From Catajapyx aquilonaris (Eukaryota), in the NCBI GenBank assembly GCA_000934665.2, contig KZ538074.1, forward strand, positions 1 through 64,000: 64,000 bases of DNA, in the 5' to 3' direction. The notes beneath the pieces are model-generated. The model did no database searches. It was given only the letters and a program-made list of their open reading frames with translations, and had not been told where the DNA came from. The translations under genes were made by a program, and so were the position numbers. Shown here piece after piece: positions 11,931 to 25,000 of the stretch (within the stretch, counting starts at the first letter, position 1; each line of letters starts with the position of its first letter).

Positions 11931-14473
11931 AAATTTAGGACCAATAACATAGCATTTATCCAACAATAACATGTCATGTATGAAACAACACTTTTCCATT
12001 AGTGTGAAGTGATAATCAAAATGCAACATCTCATTCATAAGTAGCATCAGCATATAATAATAAAATACAGACATCTAAACTGTGAACATTGTGGAAGTAG
12101 TCCTTGATGAAACGATGATTCCCTTTCTGAGGTGTTCAATTGCACAAGCTCGTAGAATGTTTTCAGAATTTAAAAAATATATGTTGCATTTTGGTCCATC
12201 ACTGGTTGGAGAATGATGCATATTATTTGGACATATTTCCTCATTTCTGGTATTCCAGCTGAAATGCAACCATTTAAAAAAGTAAGGGAGGACAGACAGG
12301 TTAAATTTTTTTTGTCAATAATTTGTGTTTCTGAATATACTTTTGACTAGCAGGGGACCAGTTCTTAGGACGGGGTTTGATAAATGAAAAAAACAGAGAG
12401 AAGTTTCTAGAACCTGCATATGCAGTATGCTTCTTGGAGCCTTCACCCCTGGACAATATCCACCTCCAGAATATTCGCCCCCATAGCATATTCTATTTGC
12501 CACAGTTTGCTGCGGTTGTTGGGACGGAGTGACACTTGCATGCGATTGAAGCTTGGCAAAGCTAGAATAACTTGCAAGTAACCAGGTGTTGCCCGGGGGT
12601 GTTGTGGGGTGTTGTGGGGTGTTGTGGTGGTAGAGGTATGGGTAATGCAAGAATGAAATACACTTCATAAACTTCATCCATTGTGCAGTAGGACTATGCG
12701 TAGTATTTGAAAACAATAAGCAAAAGTTTTTTCATTATCTCTGAGGCCAATAATGCCTCCGTTAGCGGAATCGACGCATATGCAGTGAAACCTGTGCATA
12801 TGAGAATCGCCGGGACCCTAAAGTTTTTCCATAATGGATAGGTTTCCGCTATATTATCAGATCGAGGACGTTACTGATATTTTTTGCTAGTGAGAAAGAG
12901 AGGAAAATGGGGAGATCAAAAATAAGCACCCTACCTCAATATGGTGCAAAATCAGTCCATACAGTAGCATTTTTGTGGAATATTACGGTATGTTTTACCC
13001 TACGGTTTTATCTGGTGTATAGCACATCTTAAAAATAAGGGGGGAAGTTTCATTTTGCAGTTGAAAATATTCTCTTTGGAATACCCCAAACAAAGGCTTC
13101 CCAGCGCCTTTTTCCAATATTCTACTTCGAGATAACAGCAAAAACATTCCTTTGAGTGAAAAAAAAGGGTAGTAAGACCTCCGTGGTGGAATGAAAGTAC
13201 CGAAACAAGGTAGGCGCACGTAAGACCTTCACCAATTGATTTAAGCTGTACCAAAGGTCTTACTCAAGCAATTACCAATTTACTGCTCACGAAGTCTCCT
13301 TTCTGAAAACAAATTTGTGGAATTTTCGTAGTACTACTAGTTACTTCTAACTTAGCAGTACCAGTGTAGTGCAATGGTACTGCTACGTTAGCAGTAACTA
13401 TAGTTAATAGTAATAGTAGTATGACGAAAATTCCACCCATTAATTTTCTGTGAGCCACTCCATATTAGTGTTTTATGAAATTAGGAACTTCAATATTACA
13501 CACATTGAAATTCGATACGATAGGTGTGAATTATTGCCATGAAACATTCATGCAGAATCTTCACCTTTTTAATATGATGATTTTAACACTAATTTTTAAT
13601 TTTTCACATGTAAACATTAATTGGTGAATTTTAGAAGGTCGTTTTCGATTGGATTCTGCATTTTCAGGATCGAAAATTTCCAAGTCTGTGATGATGGTTT
13701 TAGATTTTTTTCCCCCATATATTTCTTTTCAAAATTAAACCCTACCTACTGCTCTGAGTAGTTTGCACCAGTCATTTTACGAGCCGCTCCATACAGTACT
13801 TGAGAATTGATTGAGTAAGACCGATGGTACAGCTTAAATCAATTGGTGAAGGTCTTACGTGATACGTGCACCTGCCTTGTTTCGGTACTTTCATTCTGCC
13901 ACAGAGGTCATACTACCCTTTTTGCTCTTATTTCAGTTCTTTTTTTAAACCCCTTCGCAATACCAGAAATACCGCCATCGGGGTTCCCCCCTTCATCTTG
14001 TGCAGAGTTGGGCCATCTCTGGCTTCGTATCGGGTGGAAATTTCCGCTATAGACTAATCCACCCGGGGGAGTTCACAAAATGACCAATATACGACATTGC
14101 ACTTGCACTTTGCACATCTCCTCATACTCCCTTGGAACAACTAGACATATCCAGTATATGGTTCCAACAAATGGTGGTATCCCACTCCCCTAACATGGGC
14201 CCAGGGCCCGATAATGGGGTACAGGGGGGGGGGGGAAACGCCATCGCCTAGGTTGTCGCTTACACGTACTCTGAAAACAAGGACAAGATATTTTACAAAT
14301 AATAACACCGACAGTGATATACATATCATATCATACTAACACGTTTAAGCTCTACACTACAGTCTGCACTATGAATGTATTGGAGACGATTTTTGTCACT
14401 TAGAAGTCCCTAAAATGATTTTCACAGAGATAGTAATAAAAAACCGAAATTCGAGTGCTACCAACCAACGGTT

Positions 14474-14709
14474 CATCATCATCATCAACATCACGACATT
14501 TCCCTATGAGGGGTAGTCAGCGATGAAGGGAGACGCAAGCTAACCCAACATATGAACTAAATTAAAACTTGTGAAAATAAACCTATAAACAACCCGCCCC
14601 ACCCCTGCCCATCTCAGATGACAAACACTGAATATTAAATTTAAATATTACACTATGCAATACGGTATTTCACCAAATCAAGCCCCATTGCCACCAGCCA
14701 CGACTCCGG
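14474..14709 (-). mobile_element. 5'-truncated non-LTR retroelement 3' end with (ATG)n tail
   Basis: TSD accaacggtt at 14464 and 14710; absent from the paralogous copy near 1875. Confidence 0.7.
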
Positions 14710-14733
14710 ACCAACGGTTAGTCTGATTTAATT

Positions 14734-14940
14734 TATAAATTAATAAATAATAATATTGTTAATATTAATAATAATAATATTAATGTTAATAATAACAATA
14801 ACAATAATAATAATAATAATAATGTTAATAATAACAATAATAATAATGTTAATAATAACAATAATAATAATAATAATAATGTTAATAATAACAATAATAA
14901 TAATGTTAATAATAACAATAATAATAATGTTAATAATAAC

Positions 14941-15007
<67 letters not shown>

Positions 15008-15337
15008 GGTTTGGGTATAGTACCGTACCTCAGCTGAGGTTTCTGACACGGACCTTTATTTGCCAAGGTGTACATTAATTTGGACAACGAAGAGCCCTGG
15101 TCCGAGGGCGGGGTGACTGGGAGGGGATGTGCAATGTGCAGTGCACTGTCGCTGCTATGGTCATTTCGTGAGCTCCCCCGGGTGGTTCTTCTATCGGAAA
15201 TCCCACCCTAGACGAAGTCAGAGAGACCTCGAACTCCGCACGAGATGAAAGGGGGGAAAGCCCGGGCTTGGGATCGAACCCGGGACCCTTCCATCCGTGG
15301 GCGCATACTTTACCGCAGCGCCACTTCACCTTCCCCC
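14734..15337 (-). mobile_element. tRNA-derived SINE (family C) with expanded (TTA)n tail
   Basis: A box TGGCGCTGCGG, B box GGTTCGATCCC; TSD gtctgatttaatt at 14721 and 15338; related pieces at 13980-14220 and 55150-55847. Confidence 0.88.
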
Positions 15338-15371
15338 GTCTGATTTAATTATGAAATAGCCTATATGCTAA

Positions 15372-15375
<4 letters not shown>

Positions 15376-15434
<59 letters not shown>

Positions 15435-15678
15435 TCATACCCCGTTATCAGCCTTTTTCGGCTCTTTAGGGGGGCAGTTTTCTTTTGCCTGGAACTCTTT
15501 GCTTTCATTTTACTGCACACTTTGGGATGGGATAGGGACGGAAGGAAGCGGCTGTGGCCTGTTAATTACGAAAACAACTTCGGAATTTTCCTGGAAGAGT
15601 TGCCGGCCCCGGGATTCGAACCCAGGACCTCCCGATTAGCAGTCGGACGCCTTATCCACTATGCCAAACTGCTTCGGT
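15376..15678 (-). mobile_element. SINE family A
   Basis: TSD tatatgctaaaata at 15362 and 15679. Confidence 0.9.
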
Positions 15679-16295
15679 TATATGCTAAAATATACAGAAT
15701 ATATACATTGAGAACTGTACCAGACGAATTTGCTGAAATCATGGTACTTTGCAAGAATTCAATCAATACTTATCTGCGGCTTGCCTCCGTCACATCTGAA
15801 AACTCCCAAACTTATTTAATTTTCGCCAAATGGGACGAATTCAGCAAATTCGTATGGAATGGTTCTCAAGGTAGATATTCAGCATATACTGTAGCATAAT
15901 TTCATAATTAAATCAGCTTAAGAGTTGGCCAGTAATACCTGGCGATGGCAATGGCAACGGCGATATAGCAGGTAGTGAAGGGATTAATACTGTAGTACAA
16001 TTGAATCCAGATCAAACAAACTTCCAGAGACCGTGGAAAGAGTCTGTTATAACCGAGGTCTGTTATAGACAAATCATCACGCAATGAAAACAGAGATTTC
16101 TGCTTTCAATATGGCTGCAATGTGCACTACTACACTACATACCGATTAATGAAATGTGTCAAAAATGGAATATTAGCTCACCCAAAAATTATGAAGGATC
16201 AAAATATCAGAAATTTTCTTCTGCTGTCTCCTTTGTCCAAATTTTGTACCTGGAAAACTATATTTTCCCACCGAGGGCCAAGAAATGGTGTGTTA

Positions 16296-16450
16296 AGGCC
16301 ATTTCACAAAAAGATTTTGCGGCAGCGGCAAGCGGCAAACGCGTGCCCCGCCAATTGTTATTAATTATTGGCAATAATAAAATAATATAAATAAGAAATA
16401 TGCCGCAACGCGCGCCGTTTGCCGCGCGACATTTTTTTGTGAAATGGCCT
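16296..16450. mobile_element. PIF/Harbinger-type MITE
   Basis: TTA|AGGCCATTTCACAAAAA...TTTTGTGAAATGGCCT|TTA; empty site in the paralog near 1245. Confidence 0.85.
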
Positions 16451-16889
16451 TTATACCCGAGGTGTGGTGAAAATGAGTATGTTAAATCATGAGTCAAATA
16501 CACAGGGTCTTATGGAAGCATGCAGGGGACGGCCTTCATAACCAAAAGTCTGTATAGTTATAGCCGAGGCTGTTATATCCGGATTCAACTGTATTAAATA
16601 CAATCCGTTCACCCCAGAGCAGTGGGGTAACATTTCGCTAACAATATGGCGAGGTGTAAATAGGAATTGACATTGCTAGGTGATGGAATCATGAACAATT
16701 GACTGAAAAAATTGGTGAAAAAAATCCCAACTTAAATCCTGCAGCAGGTGGAACAGCAATCGTTTTGAACATAGATCCGCACCAATATTCTACTTCGAGA
16801 TTCATGACACTTGCATCACCTCACACTGTTTTCCTTGAAATTATGTGTCTGTTGCGGAAACTTTCCAGCCACCCATTTGAAGTACTAAA

Positions 16890-17125
16890 CCAGTGGTTCC
16901 CAACCATTTTCGGGTCGCGACCCCCTTTCATGATAGTCAAGTAACCTGAGACCCAAACCCCCCTCGCCCTGAGTATTAGCAGAAGATTAATGTATTGTAG
17001 AAATATTAAAACATTTAAAAACCTTCATGGTGAAATTTCCAATAAAAATTTCTTGAAAGTAAAAAATTACCGCAGCCACTGCACGACCCCCAAGGGGCTC
17101 GCGACCCACAGGTTAGGAACCACTG
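16890..17125. mobile_element. hAT-type MITE
   Basis: CAGTGGTTCCCAACC...GGTTAGGAACCACTG; approximate TSD tactaaac/cactacac. Confidence 0.75.
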
Positions 17126-17841
17126 CACTACACTTTGCCACACCAGCAATTTTGGGCTATTACTTTTGCCTGCGCTATTGGACCATCGGCCATGAAACTG
17201 GCAATACGTTGAGCCTAGGTCAACCCCTTCCTCTTCCCCAACATTTTAAAACTGGACTGAACAGTGAACTAAACAAACTGAAGGCAGAGCACCTATATGA
17301 ATCATGAGTCACAATCTTCTTGGCACCCCTGCAAGCCGTCTCTTCATTTTCCAACCAGAAATACTGTAGTTCCCTTTCCTCACCAATATCTTCAAAGCCA
17401 TGGTCAGATAGTAATTTCAGCAATGATGAGACAGTATGGACATATGGTGTAGGGCAGTGATTTCCAATATGAAGAGAGATCTTCTCTGAAGGGAGACAGA
17501 AATCTCTTCCACGTTAGGCAGGTTCCTCTATATCTGTCAATAAATACATTGCATGCGCTGGGCATATGCCGTTCCCCGCAGAAAAATTTCCGCAATGTAT
17601 AGGTTTCCCCTATAACCAGAGTCTGCAATGGGCAGGTTATTGGATGTATCTCAGGCTTCTCATTTGTGTACGGCAAGTCTACTTCCAAATCCAATGAAAT
17701 TACATGCAATTCCCCCCNCCCCCCCCCGAATGACTATGCTACAATACGAACCCATATGAGGTGCCCAGCGTATAGATGATGGATGTGGTGAATTTACGGC
17801 GATAGGAAGTGTAAAAAGAGGGGCGCAAGACCTCAGTCAGT

Positions 17842-18457
17842 GAGCACGTTGCTAAACTCAGCGGCTGCCAGCACAGCAGGAAGTAAGCAAGTCATTGTTT
17901 GAAAGTGGTTTGAAATAATAGGCGTATTCGGCAATTCAGGAATCTGACTTCCTGGGCTGTTTTGATGTTCGGCAAATCAGGTGCCACGCCCCCTGAAGTA
18001 AGTGCGCATGCGCCCTACCTGACTTCCCAAGCTCAGGAACTTAGTGTACTCCTGACCTGACTTACTTGCTGAGAAACAATTAACAAACAAATTATCGTTA
18101 TGGATGCGGCAGTGTTGCCAATGCAAAATGCCCCAAAAAACCCGCTAGAGGACCTGAAAATACCCGATTTTACCCGCGTTTTCATTTTACCCGCACCGTT
18201 ACCCGCAAGCGTCCAAAATACGGCACCGAAATACCCGAACATTGGCATATCACTGGGATGCAGCACAGGCGGGTAGGGGGGTCTCTCAGTTCGGCCGTTC
18301 GGCAATAATCTTCTGAGGGGCATGGCTAACAACTCAGATATCACGTGACCCATCTCAGAATAATCTGAATTGCCGAATACGCCTAATATCCAACCATTTT
18401 TCAACAATGCCTTGTTTACTTGCTGCTGTGACAGCCGCTGAGTTTAGCAACGTGCTC
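17842..18457. mobile_element. Non-autonomous element with imperfect TIRs of about 100 bp
   Basis: gagcacgttgctaaactcagcggctg... versus ...cagccgctgagtttagcaacgtgctc. Confidence 0.7.
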
Positions 18458-18689
18458 GATATGAAATCGTGATATGAATAATGGCATATCCATGGGTACT
18501 TGAGAACTGATATAATGTTGAGAATTCTACATAGAAACTTCCTGGTTGTGTACATTGCTACTTGCTAGGGGGTTGCTAAGGGAAGTGGCACAAACATAAT
18601 ATGTACAAATATTGAGCTTTATAGTACTATAAGGATATACTGAGTTTTGTAATGGTGGGGACGAATAATTGCACATAGAGTTAACCAGA

Positions 18690-19548
18690 TAGGATGCATA
18701 ACACAAGTTTTTATAATAACACTAGAAAAACCCTCGCTTTGCTCACATTTTTCTACAACAATTCCAGCGAATTTCCCATTTTTGGAAGCATCAAAAAAAA
18801 TTTGACCAACAGTAGTGTGTTCAACACCTGCTGCGATTTTACTTAGACCTCTTTAGTGGAGTCAAAATTCTACCCAAATTTCATTTTAGGGAAGAGGTAG
18901 AAATCACATGGTGCTAGGACAAAGGAATATGCAGGGTGGGGAACAGTGGTCACGTTATTTTTTATCAGGAAGTCCCTGACTATGCGTGAGGTGTGTGCAG
19001 GCGGCATTGTCATGGTGCAGCAACCAGTCTATGTTCTTCCACATCTCCGGTCATTTGAGCCTAAATCGTCTCAAACCATCGCAGTAAGACTTGCCGTTGA
19101 CAGTTTTACCAGGATGGAGAAACTCCATATGCACAATTCCTAAAATGTCAAAGAAAATGATCAGCATTGAGTTGATTTTGCTGCGAACTTGGCGCGCCAC
19201 CTTTGAAGCTGTTAAACCACTCATATGTTATTGCTTGTCTTACAACTTGATCATCAAAAGCCTTGTTCAGCATTCGGTTGGTTGCATCCGAAGTTTTGTT
19301 GAGCTGGAAGCAAAATTTAATACAAATCTTTTGCTCCCTAACATCAGCCATTTCGAAAAATCGCGGAAGCACAAGAACACGGTGTCAGGAAAACTGCCGA
19401 AACTCGGAAACATGTGCACCTATGAAGACGAGATTTTTCAGACTAATAGATGAAAGGTGCACCTAGCGCCCCCTACCATCACAAGTTCGTACCTCCACTG
19501 GTTTGCACGGTATATCGACAGTCCGGGAACTTTTTGATCACACCTCGT
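18690..19548 (-). pseudogene. Decayed, internally deleted mariner transposon
   Basis: TA|CGAGGTGTGATCAAAAAGTTCCCGGACTG end; MADVREQKICIKFCFQLNKT...YEWFNSFKGG (HTH) and LAPCDFYLFPKMK remnant near 18880-18920; left boundary approximate. Confidence 0.8.
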
Positions 19549-20183
19549 ATAAGGCATCAGTTATTGTTGCCTGGTCAAACATTCCCACTTCAATTTTAAT
19601 ATTATAGACATACACTAAATCAGAAATCAGGGGTGTGTGTGAGTCACACAGGTGTTGCAGCAACACTGTTTCATATGTGACTGGAAACTATGATGGTATG
19701 TCATTAACCCAGATATGCCGAGTGTCCTCTATAGGGGACACCTGCACAGTTGTTACATTTTAATTGTTTTTCGCTAGTTCTTCACCTGCCAAAGAGCTGG
19801 CAGTAGTCACGTGTGCTTCAGTAGAGTCCCAGCTAACAATGCAAGTTCAAACCTGCACAATATTTCTTCAAATTTTTAAGATACAGGTGTTTGAGTTTTA
19901 ACGCAAGAAATAATAGCTGCTCCGAATATGATTAGTAATTAACTCTCTAATGTTGATTAGTGTTATGAGTTATTTATTGCTTGTAATACCAGGGATTACC
20001 CCTGGTAAGTAATCCCTGGTAATGCTTGGTAAACTTATGAATGATGATGTTGATGGCGAAATATAGGCATATTTTTTACTCTCCTTGTCTGAGAGTATAG
20101 TGTTGAAATCTGATGTCTCCTCAGGGGAACATAAGAGGTAAATGCACTCACATTTGGACAAGTAAAGTATGATTGCACACATA

Positions 20184-20862
20184 CAGGGTGTCCACAAATG
20201 ATGGGGCCAAAGTAAAAAAATTAGAGAAAATGCAACATACAAGGTACAACTCCCGTACATATCTCATAGCAAAGAGGAAGGTTGCAAGTTTTTTTTGACA
20301 TATCTCACCACATGAAATGATTAGTGCCGTGCCATGTAGGAGTTAAAAATAGTGTTGGCGGAGGAAAAGGCTTGGTGCGTGCTGCAGAGGTTAATGCGAC
20401 AGCTGCAAGAAGATGCCCCGGATTTCATCTTCCAACAAGATGGAGCGCCTCCGCATTTCCTTCTCCATGTCCGCGACTACCTGAATTGGCTACTGCCTCA
20501 AAGGTGGATCGGGGCGTTCCACTAACAGCGATGCAGTGTTCCGGGCTTGGCCACCCCGTTCACCGGATTTGACGCCGTGTGATTATTTTGTGTTTGTGCC
20601 ACCCCTCCCGAGATCTTCGGCCAAACTGAAGCACCGCATCACTTCTGTCATGGCTTCCATAACGCTGGACATGCTACAATGCACAGATTTCCGGTTAAAC
20701 GCCTGCCGCGCCACATGCGGTGCTCATATCGAGGGTTTGTATGTATGTAAAAAAAACCTTCAACCTTCCTCTTTGCTATGAGATATGTACGGGAGTTGTA
20801 CCTTGTATGTTGCATTTTCTAGATTTTTTTTTACTTTGGCCTCATCATTTGTGGACACCCTG
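20184..20862 (+). mobile_element. Tc1/mariner deletion derivative with long TIRs
   Basis: TA|CAGGGTGTCCACAAATGATG TIRs; FQQDGAPPHF and WPPRSPDLTPCD remnants; second copy at 59338-60031. Confidence 0.88.
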
Positions 20863-22008
20863 TACTTTACTTGTCTAACAAAATAATCTTACAAAATCCG
20901 CATGTGGATTTTGTAAGATTTGTTGAACTGTATTGTAATGAATCCATATAATTAAAACGAGATTACATGGCAATTGGTTAACATGGAAACCGCTGCAACA
21001 GTCCTTGATTGTTGTTTATTGTTACTCAATTACAACCCATTCTTTGCATGGCCTGTTTCCATGGTATAATGCAATTGACAACAATCAATCATTGGTGATG
21101 TTATGAAACTATGGATATTTCTGAATGTCCCTGTTGCCATGGTAATGTAATCAACAACTATTATAGCCATACCAGGTTACATTTTCCTAGCATCCCATAA
21201 TTATAGCTATAGGGAACGGCCATTATCTTGCAAACAAGCATTCAGAAAAAGGTTTTATCTAGATTTTTGTGTTTTGGGAACTAACATGAATATAGAAACA
21301 AAAAAAGTTCAAAAATTTAACAAAAATTTTTCCCAGCATATCTGGGTTAAGCCTGGTGCAAAATGTTGCTGCTTCAGCCTGGTACATCAGGCTGTAGACA
21401 CCGGAGTTTGCAACAGGGTTGTTCACATAACTCTGAAAAGTCATATCGACACTTGTCCATGAACGCATTACCAGCTAATACTCTGCCTTGCCGCGTATGG
21501 ATTCCGAGGCTTTGATTATTGGAATAATTACTATCTGACAGCAGCGCCAAAGTAGCGCTTACTCTCTTCCGCCACAAGCGCTAGTGTTAAAGACAGTTAA
21601 TGAATACGGTACGACTCTTTGGTGGGCGCCTTCGGCCATATCGGTCGAAGGTGGGCGCGAGCATCGATGGGCGCGAGTGGGCGCCATCCGCCATGACAGC
21701 AGTTGCATACTTGCATGCGTGCTTGCATGACAGCCAGCGGCCCAGCGCTCCCGCCAACGCCTCTTTTCTTGCGCCTACGCACCACAGATATCAGACACAA
21801 CTGTGATCAATAAAATATCAAATAAAGTCCAAATCTTGACCGTTTTAGGTGGATATAATTTAAATACATGTTCTTTACTTGTCATTTAATAATATTTACT
21901 ATAAAAGAGGAAATTGGCCAGAAAGTGCGCTACCTTGTGGCGCCTCATGAAAAAGGACACAAGGAGCAGCCATATTTTAATATGCCAGTTGATGTATAGC
22001 GGTTAGGG

Positions 22009-22014
22009 TCAGTT
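22009..22014 (+). promoter_or_regulatory. Putative initiator (TCAGTT) of the SUMO transcript
   Basis: Matches the arthropod Inr TCAGTY about 55 nt upstream of the SUMO ATG; a short motif that could be chance. Confidence 0.4.
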
Positions 22015-22066
22015 GCGCGACAAGTCTATACCTGAGGCTCTTCCCACCAGTAGTTAAAGGAAGAAA

Positions 22067-22084
22067 ATGGCAGAAGATAAGAAG
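22067..22084 (+). CDS. SUMO: SUMO exon 1 coding part (MAEDKK)
   Basis: aaaATGGCAGAAGATAAGAAG|gtgcgt; short first coding exon typical of SUMO genes; phase matches exon 2. Confidence 0.75.
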
Positions 22085-25000
22085 GTGCGTATCAGGCAAG
22101 GGAATCGTACATGTAGGAGATGGTGAAGCTAAGAAACAGGTGGTGAAGGTGGCGTACATACCTTGGCAGATTCATCTTCTGAAGGTTGTGACAATCAGGG
22201 TGAAAGGGAGAAGGAAACGCTGCCAGTTACTCAGTTATACGAAGAACACATGGAGGTGGGGCAGGAGGTGGTGCTATAGTATAGGTGTGATAGGTATACG
22301 TAAGGATTCCTGCCACACTGATAATTATGAAGCACAATATTACCCAAATAATACAGATAATCTGTGTTGTACTAGGAAAAAAGCTGATGTGACACTACAG
22401 ATTGTAAGGAGGGCTAAAACCTATCAGTTAGGCGCCTCCTTGTTGCCGTTCGAAAGTAGTTCCTGTAGCTACCATCCCCTTTCCGCAATCAAAGTTTGTG
22501 CGACGTCACATTTAATAAAGGTTTGTGATATATTAAAAAGATCACAAACACTACCATAGAATGGAGTGAACTTGGTCAAAAAAAAAAAAGTTTTACGCAT
22601 GTACAAGTATGTAGATATTAACCAACGACTGTGAAATTTGTTTCTTAGTTGAAGGACAATGCTGGCCAAAAGGGCAAGTAGAAAGAGGTTTTTGTGGGCG
22701 CAATACTTCGTAGGAGAATTTACTATGTCTTGCTCACCATTTGGGGTGAACTTGGTAATATAATTTTCCCCTTTACAAATGCATTGCTCTGGGCAGGAAA
22801 ATATTGGAATTAGACAACTTGGCCACATCTTATTATATGCACCACCAGTAGGGGATGGACCAGTCCCACGCAACTCCTACGATACGGTAGTTTAATTAGA
22901 GTGTCTCCGCCAGCCTGCGGAATCTGGGGGGTGCTGTACTAACAAGGGAACGGTCAGGGTCGAGAACCTCCGATTTGGTTGAAACTGGCTTGAGGGGTCA
23001 TTCATGTGCGATAGACACAGTGGTGAAAGTGTTAGCTCGCAACGTCCAGCCGTTTCCGAGATATGAGCGACAGAAACATCCGAATTTTGGCCGCATGCAT
23101 TTGCTGGGAGCCGCTCTGCCAGCTCCAAATCCCTTCTACCTTGATTCCCCCCACTTTTTTCGATCCCACACCACCATCCCCCACTCCGCCACCAACATTT
23201 TCGTTTTCCATAGTTTCTTTGCTCCGGTATTTATTATGAGTTTTCCCATTACCCATTACCCAATTTTAGGTATAGAAGCTCTTTCTTCGCAGTTGACAGA
23301 AGCGAAATAAAGCAGCTTGATGGTCTCATAATAAATACTGGAGCAAAGAAACTATGGAAAACGAAAATGTTGGTGGGGGAGTGGGGGATGGTGGTGTGGG
23401 ATCGAAAAGTGGGTAAAGGGGGCGGGGGGAATCAAGGTAGAAGGGATTTGGAGCTGGCAGAGCGGCTCCTGGCAAATGCGCGCGGCCAAAATTCAGATGT
23501 TTCTGTCTCTCATATCTCGGAAACGGCTGGACGTTGCGAGCTAACACTTTCACCACTGTGTCTATCGCACATGAATGACCCCTCAAGCCAGTTTCAACCA
23601 AATCGGAGGTTCTCGACCCTGACCGTTCCGTTGTAAGTATTGACGGTTTGGGTTGGTTCTGAAGGCTTCCGCCCGAGTTCGCCCGGCAACCCAATCCCCC
23701 CAGTGAGCGACGCCAGCGCCAGAGGAGAGAGACTGATTACACTACTATCACCATAATGAAAGTGTGGGAGTTGCGTGGGGCTGGGATCGACCAAACCAGC
23801 CCCCCGCAACTCTCTATCTAGCCTTGTGTTAACGGTTGTTGAATATAAAAGTCTCCCCCAGCCTGTAATTCGGCACTGACGCGGCCCCACAGGCATGTTG
23901 TGGTTCGGGTGGCTGACTGGCGATCTGTAAATTCCTTCCGGACCCAGCTGCAGTGGAAAGAATTGTTCGGATTGGTTCAGGCGTCCGCAACCGGCCGCCC
24001 CAACCACAACATCCCTGTGGGCATGCGCGAGCGCCGCGGACGGAGACTTTTATATTCCACTATCGGTACCGTATTGTATGAGTTGCGGGGGCTGGACCAA
24101 ACCTTACCAAAAGCATAGGATCTTTGAAAATAACTGCGATTAACCAATGAAAATTTGGAACAACTGCTAGTTTGTTACTGTGCTGCAAAATTCCATGGCA
24201 ATGAGTAGGCTGCAATATGGTAGAAATTAAAATAAATTAGGACCAGCTTGATTTTTACTGCCTATTGATTAAGAGCCTATTTTGACTTTTTTCAGGGCCT
24301 AAATGCTTACCTATTTGAGGGTTTTTTAGAACCAAAAAATACGTTCCTTACTCATAAGGTAAGCTGTCCGGGATTACTTCGAGAGGTCATAACATTTTAC
24401 CTTGTAGCTCTCAGACAAAACTTTGCATTTTGGTGAATGACTTACCTGCCTCTATTATTGTGCCAAGTTTCATTCAGCAAATCCATTTACACATTCGTGA
24501 AGTTCCCTTGTGAAGTTCGTGGTTACCAGCTTGTTATGAGTGTTTCTTGACTACATGCCCATATATTGGCACCAGGTAAAAAATTTTAACTGGGCAGCAT
24601 TGTTGTACAGTTTTGATGGGTTTTCTCCATGTTCTTGCAAGTTTTCTTGGGGTGTACTCCTCTTTCCTCTCACTATCAAAAAATCCATCTGCAGCAGAGG
24701 AATTGAATGAAGTCTGGAATTCTAAAAAAGAGGGGGGAGGGACTAAGAAGCCAGGAGGTCTATGCAGCTGTAACCAATATTGTTATTATCTATCATATTA
24801 AAATCCTTGCGTTGTGTGTATAAGCCCTCTGATTGGTCCGCCCCCATATTGTTGCCGCCACCTCTTCCTATTGGCCCTCGTCCGTTGTTACTGCGACTTA
24901 TTCAAGACGTATTGTTACCATGACGCCTCCAATTGGCCCCTGTTCCGAGCATGCGCAATGGGGCTGGGACCGTTTCAATTTCATGTTGACCTCCGCAGGT

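Noticed and set aside
20324..20781. Functional transposase gene
   Set aside because: Only frameshifted DDE fragments within a 680-bp deletion derivative
21259..21806. Divergent gene sharing the SUMO promoter
   Set aside because: CpG-rich, but the short ORFs show no recognisable homology or consistent splice chain
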